A stretch of DNA of 64,000 nucleotides, from NCBI GenBank assembly GCA_041937175.2, contig CP166615.1:2752001-2816000 (forward strand), in the 5' to 3' direction. The notes below the pieces were generated by a model. That model saw only the letters and a program-made list of their open reading frames with translations. It ran no database searches and was not told where the DNA came from. The stretch comes from Limnothrix sp. BL-A-16 (GTDB taxonomy: Bacteria; Cyanobacteriota; Cyanobacteriia; CACIAM-69d). Shown here in pieces: positions 41,145 to 52,031 of this stretch. Positions within the stretch are counted from its first letter, which is position 1. Each line of letters starts with the position of its first letter. Position numbers and translations under genes: made by a program.

Positions 41145-42371
41145 CTAGGGATCGGTTTCCCCGATCGCCTCCAAAACCGCCTTGGGAGCCAACCGATCCT
41201 TAAACCAAATCACCTTGGCCGGCAATTGACGTGCATCGAGACCCGCCTTTTCTAGGTTTAAGCGTTCGGAAATGGCCAAAACCCAATCGGGGCGATCGGC
41301 CTTGATCACCTGCGCGAACTTTTTGCGCAGATAGTCCGGTCGCCAATAGCCAACAATTTCTAAGATCCACGATCGCCCGTCGGGATGCACCAACCGAAAA
41401 TCCGGAATGGCCACGCTGCCAGGGATGGGAATCAGGTTCACTTCGCGTTCCAGTTTCCAATCGGTTTTGGTGCTTTCCCAGCGCTTGGCAAAAGATTCTT
41501 CAATCAAGCTGTCAAAGGGTTTACCGGCTGGATAGTGACTGACCAGTCCACAATCCGCCGTCAGTTCATAGAACCGTTCTTGGGGCGATCGGGTGAGGGG
41601 ATCGGGATCCTGCAAGGTGGCCATTGCTCGCCATTTCGTCACATGCAACAGGGCAGGGATCGCCTTTGCCAGCGATAAACCATAGCGTGTACTGGCTTTG
41701 AACAAGCTGGCGGGCCCATCCACACTAATCGTAAATCCCGTATCTTCATCGCCTTCAATATAGGTCATTAATTGAAAGAGTTTTAAATAGCGAAAGAGCA
41801 ATTTATACTCGCCGGGATCATTGCGATAGGCATCAATTTTTAGGTGGCTGGCGCGATAGAAAATTCCCTGAACTTGGGACAGATTATAGCGATGGATCAG
41901 GGCTTCGGGGGTGGGAGGATCAAATTGCGTCAAAATTCGATTTTGGGGCAAATCAGCATATAAAGATTGCTGCAATTCCGAGGGCAAAACTTCCCGATCG
42001 CCCTCCGTGGACAACTCCCGGGCTACCTGTTCCCAAATGGCCAAAGCGCGATCGCGGCTGGGTGGCTGAGCATTGGCCAAGGCAAAAACCCGCTGGCGGA
42101 GGGCCAACGGTTCGATCGGGCTGACCACTTCAAAAGTCGAAAATCCCGACTCCAATAAATGGGCAAATCCCCGCTGCACCTTGAAATCGGGGCTAGTACC
42201 TTCTAACTCAGCCAAGGCGCGATCGAGTTGCAATTTGGGCTGACCCACGGCCGCTTGAAATTGGGCGATTGTGGCCTGGGCTTGGCTGAGAGACTCGGGG
42301 CCCACAGGCAAGCGCTTCGGGATAATTTGTTCGCCGCGTCTTCGATGAATTAATAGCTCCGATGGCAGCAT
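41145..42371 (-). CDS. DUF790 (Bax1-like) predicted nuclease
   Basis: MLPSELL, LYADL, RYNLSQVQG, DGPASLF..STRYG, FDS..E..F, IPDF...EIVGYW...YL.KK. Confidence 0.9.
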   Translation of the reverse strand: MLPSELLIHRRRGEQIIPKRLPVGPESLSQAQATIAQFQAAVGQPKLQLDRALAELEGTSPDFKVQRGFAHLLESGFSTFEVVSPIEPLALRQRVFALANAQPPSRDRALAIWEQVARELSTEGDREVLPSELQQSLYADLPQNRILTQFDPPTPEALIHRYNLSQVQGIFYRASHLKIDAYRNDPGEYKLLFRYLKLFQLMTYIEGDEDTGFTISVDGPASLFKASTRYGLSLAKAIPALLHVTKWRAMATLQDPDPLTRSPQERFYELTADCGLVSHYPAGKPFDSLIEESFAKRWESTKTDWKLEREVNLIPIPGSVAIPDFRLVHPDGRSWILEIVGYWRPDYLRKKFAQVIKADRPDWVLAISERLNLEKAGLDARQLPAKVIWFKDRLAPKAVLEAIGETDP

Positions 42372-42839
42372 CCGTCTCGATTCACCCCGATCGACTGTAA
42401 TTTTTCGTCAATTTGTGCAATTTGATGCAATTTTGTGCGCTTTTGAACTGGACAACACGTGACTGCAAGCGGCCCAAATTTTAACCAGCGATCGGCCGGC
42501 ATTTGACCACATATCGCTCAAGTTTTGATGAGATTAATCAAATTACTCAGATTCTGATCGGCTTTGAATCGGTCGCCGATCAGTAGATCCCGCCAATTTA
42601 GGTTCATCCATTTCAATTGAAACGGAAAATTGCGGACTTTAACGATTTTCGTAACGAGGTGCAACCGGTCGTGAACTCTTTTTTCAGTTCCTGGCCGCCT
42701 TTCCGAAAGCGCGTTTCAATCGAAATACGGTTATTGGCTCCTAATCCCCAGCCACCCAAGGTGATGCCCATGGGAATCGCCACCGACCATCATTGTGTGA
42801 TGAGGGCGATCGCCCGTTTCGATCGCGGGAGAATAGACT

Positions 42840-43145
42840 ATGAATTTCAACCTCGACTTTGGGCGCGTCATTTTGGATTTTTACCGCGAAGATCCTGACC
42901 TGAACCGCCGCCTACAAATTTTGCGCCAATGTCGAATTCGGCGGCGGTGGCGAACCTTGGAAATTCACTGTCCCAATCGATCGGTTGCTGAAAAATTGTT
43001 GGGTCTTTATGGCGCACTGGCAGAACCAATCACGGCCTTGAATGTGGCCCGCCATCTTTCAATCTTTGCCAATGGTATTCCCTTCGTGACGTTGCCTTTG
43101 GGCGATGGCAACGGTAGCGGTTTTCCCTGGCAAGAAGCCATTTAG
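42840..43145 (+). CDS. hypothetical protein
   Basis: GGAG RBS; plausible globular 101-aa ORF in an otherwise empty interval. Confidence 0.65.
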   Translation: MNFNLDFGRVILDFYREDPDLNRRLQILRQCRIRRRWRTLEIHCPNRSVAEKLLGLYGALAEPITALNVARHLSIFANGIPFVTLPLGDGNGSGFPWQEAI

Positions 43146-43321
43146 GCGGGCGCAAAATTCAGGGGCAATTCCTGAGCGATTTCTGAGCGATTCCTGATCC
43201 TGGGCAAAACTGCTAATTTGTACCCATCGGCAATGCCAATTCACAATCCCAAGCTTTTGCCTTAGCAATCTGGATCGCCCGTCTAGATCGCCAAGTTGAA
43301 TCAGCAATTGATCTAGATCAG

Positions 43322-44035
43322 CTACATTGGTAACCGCTCAATTCCCTCATTGGAACCAATCACAATGAGCACCATTCCCTTGTGCAGTCGATCGTAGGGA
43401 TTGGGGTTAACTTGGATATTTTCCACGCCACCCCTTGTGCATTGTTGAGCCACAGCCAAAACATTCACACCATAGCGCGATCGCAGTTGCAGTTCTTGCA
43501 GCGTTTTTTCTTCAAATTCTTCAGGAATCACCAGCTCAACCACGCTATTGTTGGCATCCAAATCGAGCCGTTCCAGCACGTTGGGCCGGGTGAGCATTCG
43601 TGCCACTTGGCAGCCCATCTCGCGCTCGGGAAAAATAACCAAATTTGCTCCCACCTTATCCAACAATTGCCCATGAATTTCAGTGGATGCCTTGGCGACC
43701 ACGTAATTCACGCCGCCATCTTTGAGGTTCAGGGTGGTGATGGTGCTGGCTTCAATGTAATTCCCGATCGCCACAATGGCTGTTTCAAATTCAAAGACTC
43801 CGGCCTCTGCCAGGGCCTGGCGATCGGTCGTATCTAGTTGCAATGCGTGGGACACAATATTATCGTTCAGGGCTTGAGTGACCTGTTTTTCACCCGAGTC
43901 AATTCCCATCACTTCATAGCCCATTTGGTGCAGCGTGGAGCAAACAGCACGGCCAAAGCGACCCAAGCCCAGCACCACATATTGTTTATTAGTGCTGCGA
44001 AAATTGCGCCAAAAACTAAGGGAACCAAACTGCAT
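43322..44035 (-). CDS. ktrA: Ktr/Trk potassium uptake RCK subunit
   Basis: GLGRFG, VVAKA...HG..L.KVGA...IFPE.EMG; adjacent to the membrane subunit. Confidence 0.92.
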   Translation of the reverse strand: MQFGSLSFWRNFRSTNKQYVVLGLGRFGRAVCSTLHQMGYEVMGIDSGEKQVTQALNDNIVSHALQLDTTDRQALAEAGVFEFETAIVAIGNYIEASTITTLNLKDGGVNYVVAKASTEIHGQLLDKVGANLVIFPEREMGCQVARMLTRPNVLERLDLDANNSVVELVIPEEFEEKTLQELQLRSRYGVNVLAVAQQCTRGGVENIQVNPNPYDRLHKGMVLIVIGSNEGIERLPM

Positions 44036-44230
44036 TTGAAATCTCCATCAATCACAGGGTCAAGATGATTTAAAGCAAGCCGATGAGGCGAATTAAGCAA
44101 ACTGATTTGATCCAATCGATCGAGCTGGTTGATCAATCTCATCAATCCAGCAAGTTCATTCGGGCGATCGCGTCAAGACAGTTCATCGAAAAATGGGCTA
44201 ATTGGGAAAAAGAATTGCACCAGAACCCAA

Positions 44231-45586
44231 TTATCCCACTAGCAATTCCTCTTCGGGATAGCGAATCACACTGCGGGCATTTTCACTAATTAAAGTGCTC
44301 ATGAGCAGCAGAATCCCAACCCGACCAATGTACATGGTGCCAATGAGGACTAACTTGCCCCCCATCGAAAGCTGCGCCGTAATCCCTGTTGATAGACCAA
44401 CAGTTGCAAAGGCAGAAACCACTTCAAAAAACAACTGAACAAACGGAATTGTTGGGTCAAGTAGTGTTAACAAGATGGTGGACACCACAACCACACTAAG
44501 GGAACCCAGGAAAACCGCGATCGCCTTCATAATCAAGGCCATTGGAATTTGGCGATTAAACAAAATGACGGAACTTTGACCTTGCAGAACCGCTCGGGTC
44601 ACGCCGGTTAAAATCCGAATGGTGGTGGTTTTAATACCACCGCCGGTGCTACCGGGGCTGGCTCCTACAAACATCAGGGCAATGGTCACAAATAGTGCAG
44701 CCGATCCCAATTTTCCGTTATCAATTGTGTTGAAACCAGCCGTACGGGTGGTGACCGACTGGAACCAAGCGGCCAAGAGTTTGCCATTCCAACTTAGGTT
44801 ACCGAGTGTGGCCGGGTTGTTGAATTCGGTAATCAAAATGGCAACTGTTCCAATCACCAGGAGGGCCAGAGTTGTGGTGGTGACAATTTTGAAGTTGAGC
44901 GAAAACATGAAGCGATCGGGCCGCAGGCTAGCCACGTGATGGCGACCGAGGAGCGATCGCGCCCAAAAGAACACCTCCATAATTGCCTGATAGCCAATTC
45001 CTCCGAAAATAATCAAGCCTGTGATTGTGAAATTCAGCAGGGGAGATTCCACAAATTTCATAAAGCTATCGGTATACAACCCAAAGCCTGCATTGTTAAA
45101 TGCGCTAACGCTGTGGAATACTGAGAACCAAATCGCCTGCAAATTCCAACCCAATTTCGGAACAAAAACCCCCAGCAGTAAAAATGCGCCGGTTAACTCA
45201 AACAACAGGGTTGCACCAATGATGGATTTCACCAGTTGCAAAACACCTGAAATGCCGGGCATATCGAGCGATTGTTGCAGGGCGAGTTTATCCTTTAAGC
45301 CAAAACGACGACCCAAAATCAGCAATAGGAAAGTCGTGGCGGTCATATAGCCCAAGCCACCAATTTGGGCTAGGAGAGCAACCACAAATTCACCAAAGAA
45401 TGAGTAATATTTCCCCACATCAATCACTGAAAGTCCGGTCACACAAACAGCCGAAGTGGAGATGAAAAGCGCGGTAATCGGATCGCTCCACTGATGATTA
45501 GTCAAGGAAATAGGCAGCATGAGGAGAATTGCGCCTACCGTAATCACCATTAAAAAGCCCAGGCAAATGGTTCTGGCTGGGGTCAT
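44231..45586 (-). CDS. ktrB: Ktr/Trk potassium uptake membrane subunit
   Basis: SAVCVTGL, SAFNNAGF, TRTAGF, GSTGGGIK, SAFATVGLS pore loops. Confidence 0.95.
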   Translation of the reverse strand: MTPARTICLGFLMVITVGAILLMLPISLTNHQWSDPITALFISTSAVCVTGLSVIDVGKYYSFFGEFVVALLAQIGGLGYMTATTFLLLILGRRFGLKDKLALQQSLDMPGISGVLQLVKSIIGATLLFELTGAFLLLGVFVPKLGWNLQAIWFSVFHSVSAFNNAGFGLYTDSFMKFVESPLLNFTITGLIIFGGIGYQAIMEVFFWARSLLGRHHVASLRPDRFMFSLNFKIVTTTTLALLVIGTVAILITEFNNPATLGNLSWNGKLLAAWFQSVTTRTAGFNTIDNGKLGSAALFVTIALMFVGASPGSTGGGIKTTTIRILTGVTRAVLQGQSSVILFNRQIPMALIMKAIAVFLGSLSVVVVSTILLTLLDPTIPFVQLFFEVVSAFATVGLSTGITAQLSMGGKLVLIGTMYIGRVGILLLMSTLISENARSVIRYPEEELLVG

Positions 45587-45779
45587 AAATTGGGTATTGC
45601 CATCAGCGAGTTTTTAGTTTTTGCAGAATACCTGAGGTTTGGGATTGTTGGATCAGTTGCGAAAAAATCAGTTGCGAAAGAACTGACTGAGTCTGAATGC
45701 GATCGCATAAAAACCCAGCCCCGCAAGGATCAGGAATCCAAGACCAATCCAAACGTTCATCGCCAAAATTCGCAGTGCT

Positions 45780-46171
45780 TAGGGCCGGTCGTCGTTCCAC
45801 CCGAAACCCCGATTCCACCGTGAACGAATCGTTGGGCAGCAAGGGGCTTAGGGCCTATCGTTGTTTCGCCCGAAACCCTAGACCTCTTGCGCGAATCAGC
45901 TAATAGCCCTCATCCCCCAACCCCTTCTCCCAAGGGGGGCGAAGGGGAGCCAGAAAACGGGAGTTACGGCGATTTCGTTGTTGATTTTCAAGTCCCTCTC
46001 CCGACTTGGGAGAGGGATTTAGGGTGAGGGTCTTAATTGATGCAAGAGATCTCCTGATTCCACCGTGAACGAATCGTTGGGCAGCAAGGGGCTTAAGCCC
46101 CTTGTTACAACAGTTGGGGCGAGGAAAATCAACCGTTTCAGCTTGCCCCCAGGAAATGACGACACTCCCTA
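45780..46171 (-). mobile_element. MITE family C (reverse orientation) with two 69-bp arm units, interrupted by a family A MITE
   Basis: CTTAGGGCC at 45778 and 45847 (period 69); GATTCCACCGTGAACGAATCGTTGGGCAGCAAGGGG repeated on both sides of the insert; core at 46085-46104; ends CAGGAAATGACGACACTCCCTA. Confidence 0.75.
45880..46052. mobile_element. MITE family A (173 bp), copy 2
   Basis: Reads identical to 13431-13603; CCT target duplication (45877-45879, 46053-46055). Confidence 0.92.
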
Positions 46172-46209
46172 GGATCGATCGCGACTTTTCCAAGTCAGTC
46201 ACGCCAAAA

Positions 46210-47292
46210 TCAGTCGCGATTTTCTCCAAGTAAGTCATCCATCGCAAAGGCCCGCTTGTCGAACAAGGTCATGGCAGCAGGCATGTGAACGGAAACGCGA
46301 TCGGTGAGTCGCAGTTTGGTGGCGGCATCCATGAAGGTTTCGCTGTTCATCATCCGCCGGGCGATCGCCTCCACATCTGACCAGGTGAGGCTGCTTTCAA
46401 TGAAGGCCTGGGTGAGGGTAATCAACAGGGAGGCATAGCGGTTGCCTTCCTCTTGGGTCATCATCGTATGCGGAATATCGAGCACACGGTTAAACACCAG
46501 TTGCCAAGTGATGGGTTGGCGCTTGCGGGTGTCTTCCCAAAGGGCACGGTGATCCCAAATGCCGACGGCTTGGTCGCTTTGGCTGGAGATCACAAACAGA
46601 GGGGCGCTGGGTTGGCGACGGGCCCGATCGAGCACCTGTTGGCCCATTTTCAGCATGGTGGCCAGAGCAGGCACGGCAAAACCCGGATAACCGGGGCGAT
46701 CGAAGCTGTTGCTTTCGGCCCCTTTCCCCCAAGCAAAGTAACCTTGGGTTTTGGAAACAAACAAATCAACCACTTTGCTGCTGCTGCTGAGGTAGGGTGC
46801 AAACAGAAGGGCGCGGTAAATATCCTGGGGGCGTTCCTGTGCTAACCAAGCGGCCAATGTGCCGCCGCCGGAAAGCCCCCCGATCGACACCTGTTGACCG
46901 AAGGTGCGGGCCTTGGCCACCCACTCCAATCCAAAATACTGATAAACCTTGGGGTCGATCGGGAGGGGAGGCGGGGTTTGGCTGCCCCATTTGCCCGCTT
47001 GCCCATGGCCCGGCATCAGGGGAGCCAGCACGTTGTAACCGGCCCGATAGAGCGCTTCCCCGATCGGGACAAATTGATAGGGCGCGGCGGTAAACCCGTG
47101 AAATAGCAAACAGACGCGCTGCACTGGGCGATCGTGTAACCAAAAGCGCGATCGACAGTCCGGATGCTTCAGGGGTAGCTTGGCCTCCAGGGTTTGTACC
47201 TGTTGGGTCATGCTGCCGATCGCTTGCCGATAGTTGCTGATTGGAAGATTAGTACTCAAAAATTCCCCCCTCCTGGGCCCTCGCGGGGCCAC
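46210..47292 (-). CDS. alpha/beta hydrolase (esterase/lysophospholipase-like)
   Basis: FHGFT, PGHG, nucleophile GLSGG, D..V and H catalytic residues; start uncertain (possibly 47211). Confidence 0.88.
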   Translation of the reverse strand: MAPRGPRRGEFLSTNLPISNYRQAIGSMTQQVQTLEAKLPLKHPDCRSRFWLHDRPVQRVCLLFHGFTAAPYQFVPIGEALYRAGYNVLAPLMPGHGQAGKWGSQTPPPLPIDPKVYQYFGLEWVAKARTFGQQVSIGGLSGGGTLAAWLAQERPQDIYRALLFAPYLSSSSKVVDLFVSKTQGYFAWGKGAESNSFDRPGYPGFAVPALATMLKMGQQVLDRARRQPSAPLFVISSQSDQAVGIWDHRALWEDTRKRQPITWQLVFNRVLDIPHTMMTQEEGNRYASLLITLTQAFIESSLTWSDVEAIARRMMNSETFMDAATKLRLTDRVSVHMPAAMTLFDKRAFAMDDLLGENRD

Positions 47293-47640
47293 CTGATGCC
47301 CCCGATTCTAGCTAGGCGATCGAGAATGCTCTATGGGGGCTTAGGCCGTCTTTTGGGAACCCCATTCAACGCCATTTCGGCCATGACCGACAGCACCGGG
47401 AAAGCTTGTCCGGCCAATCCATGCAACCACGCCACCGGAACCAACCCATCGTGCTAGTATATTGAATCGGTCAACCCTGGTTGCTGGAGTTCGCCCCACG
47501 CCGTCTCTGTAGGCGAATCTAGACCAGTGACTAGCATTCGCAGCTTGCCATAGCCCATCGTCGTGTTCGCTAGTAGACGGCCTAGCATTCGAGTAACCGG
47601 CGAACCTGTGAGCAGACTGCACTCAAACCATCACGTTAGC

Positions 47641-48651
47641 ATGCCCACCCAAGAAATCTCAGCCATCAACAGCATTGACGTTGGCTTCGGCCACGACGAT
47701 TTTGCCGCCCTGCTTGATAAGTACGACTATCACTTTAGCCCTGGTGACATCGTGGCAGGGACGGTGTTCAGCATCGAACCGCGCGGCGCATTGATTGACA
47801 TCGGTGCCAAGACCTCTGCTTATATCCCCATCCAGGAGATGTCCATCAACCGGATCGAAAATCCGGATGAGGTATTGCAGCCCAACGAAACGCGCGAATT
47901 CTTCATCTTGGCTGATGAGAATGAGGATGGGCAATTAACCCTTTCAATCCGCCGCATTGAGTACATGCGGGCCTGGGAACGGGTACGCCAACTGCAAGCG
48001 GAAGATGCCACCGTGCGATCGGCCGTGTTTGCCACCAACCGAGGTGGTGCGCTGGTGCGGATCGAAGGTCTGCGCGGCTTCATCCCTGGTTCCCACATCA
48101 GTACCCGCAAGCCCAAGGAAGAATTGGTGGGCGAAGAGCTGCCCCTCAAGTTCTTGGAAGTGGACGAAGATCGCAACCGCCTAGTCTTGAGCCACCGCCG
48201 TGCCTTGGTGGAGCGCAAGATGAACCGCCTGGAAGTGGGCGAAGTGGTGATCGGTACCGTGCGCGGCATCAAGCCCTACGGTGCGTTCATCGACATCGGC
48301 GGCGTGAGCGGTCTGCTGCACATTTCCGAAATTTCGCACGAGCACATCGATACGCCCCACAGCATCTTCAACGTCAACGACGAAGTGAAGGTGATGATTA
48401 TCGATTTGGATGCCGAGCGCGGCCGGATTTCGCTCTCGACCAAGCAGCTTGAGCCGGAACCCGGTGACATGCTGAAGAACCGCCAATTGGTCTATGACAA
48501 GGCGGAAGAAATGGCGGCGAAATACCGCGAGCAGATGAAACTGCAACAGCAAGGGAGCAGTAGTGCTGCTCCTGAACCGGTTGTAGAATCCGCTCCGGAA
48601 GAGGTGGAAAGCACCGAGGAAGCGGTCTACGCCACCGCAGCAGACGAGTAG
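47641..48651 (+). CDS. rpsA: 30S ribosomal protein S1
   Basis: DFAALLDKYDYHFSPGDIV; three S1 domains (GALIDIGAK, GLRGFIPGSH, GVSGLLHISE). Confidence 0.97.
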   Translation: MPTQEISAINSIDVGFGHDDFAALLDKYDYHFSPGDIVAGTVFSIEPRGALIDIGAKTSAYIPIQEMSINRIENPDEVLQPNETREFFILADENEDGQLTLSIRRIEYMRAWERVRQLQAEDATVRSAVFATNRGGALVRIEGLRGFIPGSHISTRKPKEELVGEELPLKFLEVDEDRNRLVLSHRRALVERKMNRLEVGEVVIGTVRGIKPYGAFIDIGGVSGLLHISEISHEHIDTPHSIFNVNDEVKVMIIDLDAERGRISLSTKQLEPEPGDMLKNRQLVYDKAEEMAAKYREQMKLQQQGSSSAAPEPVVESAPEEVESTEEAVYATAADE

Positions 48652-48666
48652 GATTGATGAGACCCG

Positions 48667-48706
48667 ACAGGCAAGGAACTAAAAACCCCTTGCCTGTTGT
48701 GTTTTT
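48667..48706 (+). terminator. intrinsic terminator after rps1
   Basis: ACAGGCAAGG...CCTTGCCTGT followed by TGTGTTTTT. Confidence 0.65.
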
Positions 48707-48826
48707 GGGTTAAGTTTTTGGCTTCCAGCCTTTACCTGAAACGATTGGTATGTCAGATCGCAGATGCCATGAAGCTGTGAGTCGGTGGGCATCGTCCACC
48801 CTACAGACTCCTGGGGAAAACCACTC

Positions 48827-49636
48827 GTGTTAACGGTTTGGGTAGATGGTCATCCCCTAGAGGGAATTGAGGCGGTTCTGTTCGATAAGGATGGGACGCT
48901 GGCCGATACGAGCGGCTTTTTACGGCTGTTGGCCCAAGCGAGGGTCAAGGCTATTCAGTCCCGCATTCCCGAGGTGGACGATCGCCTGTTGCTGGCCATG
49001 GGAGCCAGTGCCGATCGCTGGAATTCGGCCGGGCTGATGGCGGTGGGAACTCGCGAGCAAAACGGGGTGGCAGCGGCGGCCTACGTGGCGGAAACCGGTT
49101 GTAGCTGGTCCACGGCGCTGGCCCTGGTGCAACAGGCCTTTGCTGAGGCCGATCGAATCTGTGGGGACAAGGCGTTGCAAACTTGGCCCTACGAGGACAC
49201 GGAATTTTGCTTGGAGCGCTTGGCGCAATCGGGCTTGGAATTAGGGATTTTGACGGGGGATACCTTGGGGCATACCCAAGCCTTTCTAGAGCGGTATGAC
49301 CTGGGTCAATGGATTCAGGTAATTGGGGCGGCGGATACGGGGCCCGCCAAGCCAGACCCGGCCAGCGTTTGGCGGTTATGTGAGCAGTTGGGCATTGCAC
49401 CCGATCGGGTTCTGCTTGTGGGGGATTCCGCGATCGATATGCAGGCAGCAAAGGCTGCGGGCTTGGCCGCCGCGATCGGGATTGACCGCACCTACGCTCT
49501 CCCCAACACGATCGTTTCGCGCACTATTCCTCCCAAGGCAATTGATGTTCAAGAGATGCGCAGCCAAGCCTTGTCAGAACTCCAAGCGGACTTTTTGATT
49601 CAAAGTTTGGATGCACTGCAAGTTTCGATCGCATAA
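48827..49636 (+). CDS. HAD-family hydrolase
   Basis: FDKDGTL, KPDP, VGDS..D; start uncertain (ORF extends to 48785). Confidence 0.9.
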   Translation: MLTVWVDGHPLEGIEAVLFDKDGTLADTSGFLRLLAQARVKAIQSRIPEVDDRLLLAMGASADRWNSAGLMAVGTREQNGVAAAAYVAETGCSWSTALALVQQAFAEADRICGDKALQTWPYEDTEFCLERLAQSGLELGILTGDTLGHTQAFLERYDLGQWIQVIGAADTGPAKPDPASVWRLCEQLGIAPDRVLLVGDSAIDMQAAKAAGLAAAIGIDRTYALPNTIVSRTIPPKAIDVQEMRSQALSELQADFLIQSLDALQVSIA

Positions 49637-49963
49637 ATTAACAAATCAATTCTCAGGCTGATTCATAAATGAATTGAAAAATTAATTTTTCAAGCTCATG
49701 GCTCAATCAACTGCCAAGCCAATCAATGCATCATGCCATCGATGCAACCATTAATTAACCAATTCAAGAATGCGTCTCGACAATTAAGCCCCCATGAGTT
49801 TCATTCATCAACCCAACCAACTGATTGAACGAATTTGTGGACAATAGCTCTCAGAGTTTTCCTGGAAAAGCGCAAGTATGAATGGTTACCTAAGGTAAAT
49901 AGGAACCAGTGATATAATCGCTTCGCTTATCAGCAATCAGTCTGTCTCGCTGTTGGAGGGCCA

Positions 49964-51226
49964 GTGTCCTTGTCTCGTCGCTCCCTATTTACGTCTGAGT
50001 CGGTCACGGAAGGTCACCCCGACAAAATTTGTGACCAAATCTCCGATGCCATTCTGGATGCGTTGCTCACCGTTGACCCAAAGGCAAGGGTGGCGGCTGA
50101 AGTGGTGGTTAACACGGGCTTAGTGTTGATTACAGGGGAAATTTCCTCCAAGGCCCATGTGAACTTTGTTGAGATTGCCCGGCGCAAAATTGCTGAAATT
50201 GGCTACACCGATTCCAGCAATGGGTTCGCGGCCGAGAGCTGCTCTGTGATTGTGGCGTTGGATGAACAGTCGCCGGACATTGCCCAGGGGGTGAACGCGG
50301 CCCAGGAAACTCGGGAGGCGATGAGTGATGAGGCCCTGGATGCGATCGGGGCAGGCGACCAGGGCTTGATGTTTGGCTATGCCTGTAACGAAACGCCGGA
50401 ATTGATGCCCCTGCCGATTAGCATTGCTCACCGGTTGGCGCGACGGTTGGCGGCGGTTCGCAAAACGGGTCAGTTGGCTTACCTGCGGCCCGACGGCAAA
50501 ACTCAAGTCTCGGTAGTCTATGAAGACGGCCGGCCGGTGGCGATCGATACGATTCTGATTTCGACGCAACACACCGCTTCGATCGGGGATATTTCCGAAG
50601 AAGCGGCCGTGCAAGCCAAGATCCGGGAAGATCTTTGGTCGGCGGTGGTGGAGCCGGTGTTCACGGACTTGAGCGTGAAGCCTTCGGGCGAAACCCGTTT
50701 TCTGGTGAACCCAACGGGTAAGTTTGTGATCGGTGGCCCCCAAGGGGACTCGGGCTTAACGGGCCGCAAGATCATTGTGGATACCTACGGGGGCTATGCT
50801 CGCCACGGGGGCGGCGCTTTCTCGGGCAAGGATCCCACCAAGGTCGATCGCAGCGCGGCCTATGCTTGCCGCCATGTGGCCAAAAACGTGGTGGCCGCTG
50901 GCTTGGCGGATAAGTGCGAAGTGCAGGTCAGCTACGCGATCGGGGTGGCCCGTCCGGTCAGTATCTCGATCGAAACCTTTGGCACCGCCAAGGTAGACGA
51001 AGACCAACTGCTCACGGCCATTCGCAACTGCTTTGAGCTGCGGCCCGCTGGCATCATCCAAACCTACGATCTGCAACGGTTACCGAGCGATCGGGGTGGC
51101 CGGTTCTATCAAGAGGTGGCGGCCTACGGGCACTTGGGTCGATCGGACTTGGATTTGCCCTGGGAAGCTCTCGACAAGGTGGAGGCCCTCAAAGCCAACT
51201 TGGCGCAATTGTCGAGCGTGTCCTAA
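49964..51226 (+). CDS. metK: S-adenosylmethionine synthetase
   Basis: [28 protein letters not shown]; start GTG 49964 or TTG 49970. Confidence 0.98.
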   Translation: MSLSRRSLFTSESVTEGHPDKICDQISDAILDALLTVDPKARVAAEVVVNTGLVLITGEISSKAHVNFVEIARRKIAEIGYTDSSNGFAAESCSVIVALDEQSPDIAQGVNAAQETREAMSDEALDAIGAGDQGLMFGYACNETPELMPLPISIAHRLARRLAAVRKTGQLAYLRPDGKTQVSVVYEDGRPVAIDTILISTQHTASIGDISEEAAVQAKIREDLWSAVVEPVFTDLSVKPSGETRFLVNPTGKFVIGGPQGDSGLTGRKIIVDTYGGYARHGGGAFSGKDPTKVDRSAAYACRHVAKNVVAAGLADKCEVQVSYAIGVARPVSISIETFGTAKVDEDQLLTAIRNCFELRPAGIIQTYDLQRLPSDRGGRFYQEVAAYGHLGRSDLDLPWEALDKVEALKANLAQLSSVS

Positions 51227-51302
51227 ACCCACGCAGGATAGGCATTCTCGAAAAAATTGGGAGGGGTTGCCCTTGCGGCTTCACCCTCCAGCACAATTTC
51301 CA

Positions 51303-51346
51303 GTAGGGGCATACGGCCGTATGCCCCTATGCTTTTATGCCCCTAC
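51303..51346. repeat. GTAG-type REP-like palindrome
   Basis: GTAGGGGCATACGGCCGTATGCCCCTA plus a second ATGCCCCTAC, between convergent metK and plsC. Confidence 0.65.
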
Positions 51347-51365
51347 AGGGTTAACTGCCTGACCC

Positions 51366-52031
51366 TTAGCGACCCAGGGCATGGAGATCATGGATCGCGT
51401 CCGTGCAGCGTTGAGTGACGGCTTCCAGTTCAGCGCGATTGCTCGATCGGGGGGGATCAATCAATTCGCCAATGCGCACCGTCACCGCCACCGGACAGGG
51501 TAATTTCCCCTTCGCAAAAATCCGCTCCGTGCCCCACAAACTGATCGGCAACAAGGGCGTTTGAGTTTTAGCCGCAATCAGCGCTGCCCCCAGCTTGGGG
51601 CTGTGAATGCGGCCATCGGGCCGGCGTGTCCCATCAATGAACACACCCGCAGCCCAGCCCGCATCTAAATAATCCATGGCGGCTCGGATGGCTCCCCGAT
51701 CGCCCGTACCGCGCTTGACCGGATAGGCCCCATAGAGCCGAATCGCGGGAGCCAACAGCGGCACATCAAACAGTTCTTCTTTAGCCATAAAAGCCACCGG
51801 ACGACCCGTGCAGTTAGCCACGATCGGGGGATCAAAATCGCTGGCATGGTTACTGGCCACAATCAGCGGCCCCGTCTTCGGCACCCGTTCAGTTCCGTAG
51901 ATGTGCACCCGAAAATAGGAATGCAACACCGGGCTAATCACCGACCACTTCAGGAGATGGTAAAGCGCCCAACTACTGATAGGCTCTCGATCGCGCTTTA
52001 TGAGTTGCAGGTTCTCAGAAACCAACGCCAA
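51366..52031 (-). CDS. plsC: 1-acyl-sn-glycerol-3-phosphate acyltransferase
   Basis: NHASDFD (HX4D), FMAKEELF, PVKRG, F.DGTR. Confidence 0.92.
   Translation of the reverse strand: MALVSENLQLIKRDREPISSWALYHLLKWSVISPVLHSYFRVHIYGTERVPKTGPLIVASNHASDFDPPIVANCTGRPVAFMAKEELFDVPLLAPAIRLYGAYPVKRGTGDRGAIRAAMDYLDAGWAAGVFIDGTRRPDGRIHSPKLGAALIAAKTQTPLLPISLWGTERIFAKGKLPCPVAVTVRIGELIDPPRSSNRAELEAVTQRCTDAIHDLHALGR

Noticed and set aside
47300..47640. Possible tRNA or ncRNA in the long rps1 leader and other intergenic gaps
   Set aside because: No cloverleaf, T-loop or known riboswitch pattern recognised by eye; an Infernal/Rfam scan would be needed.
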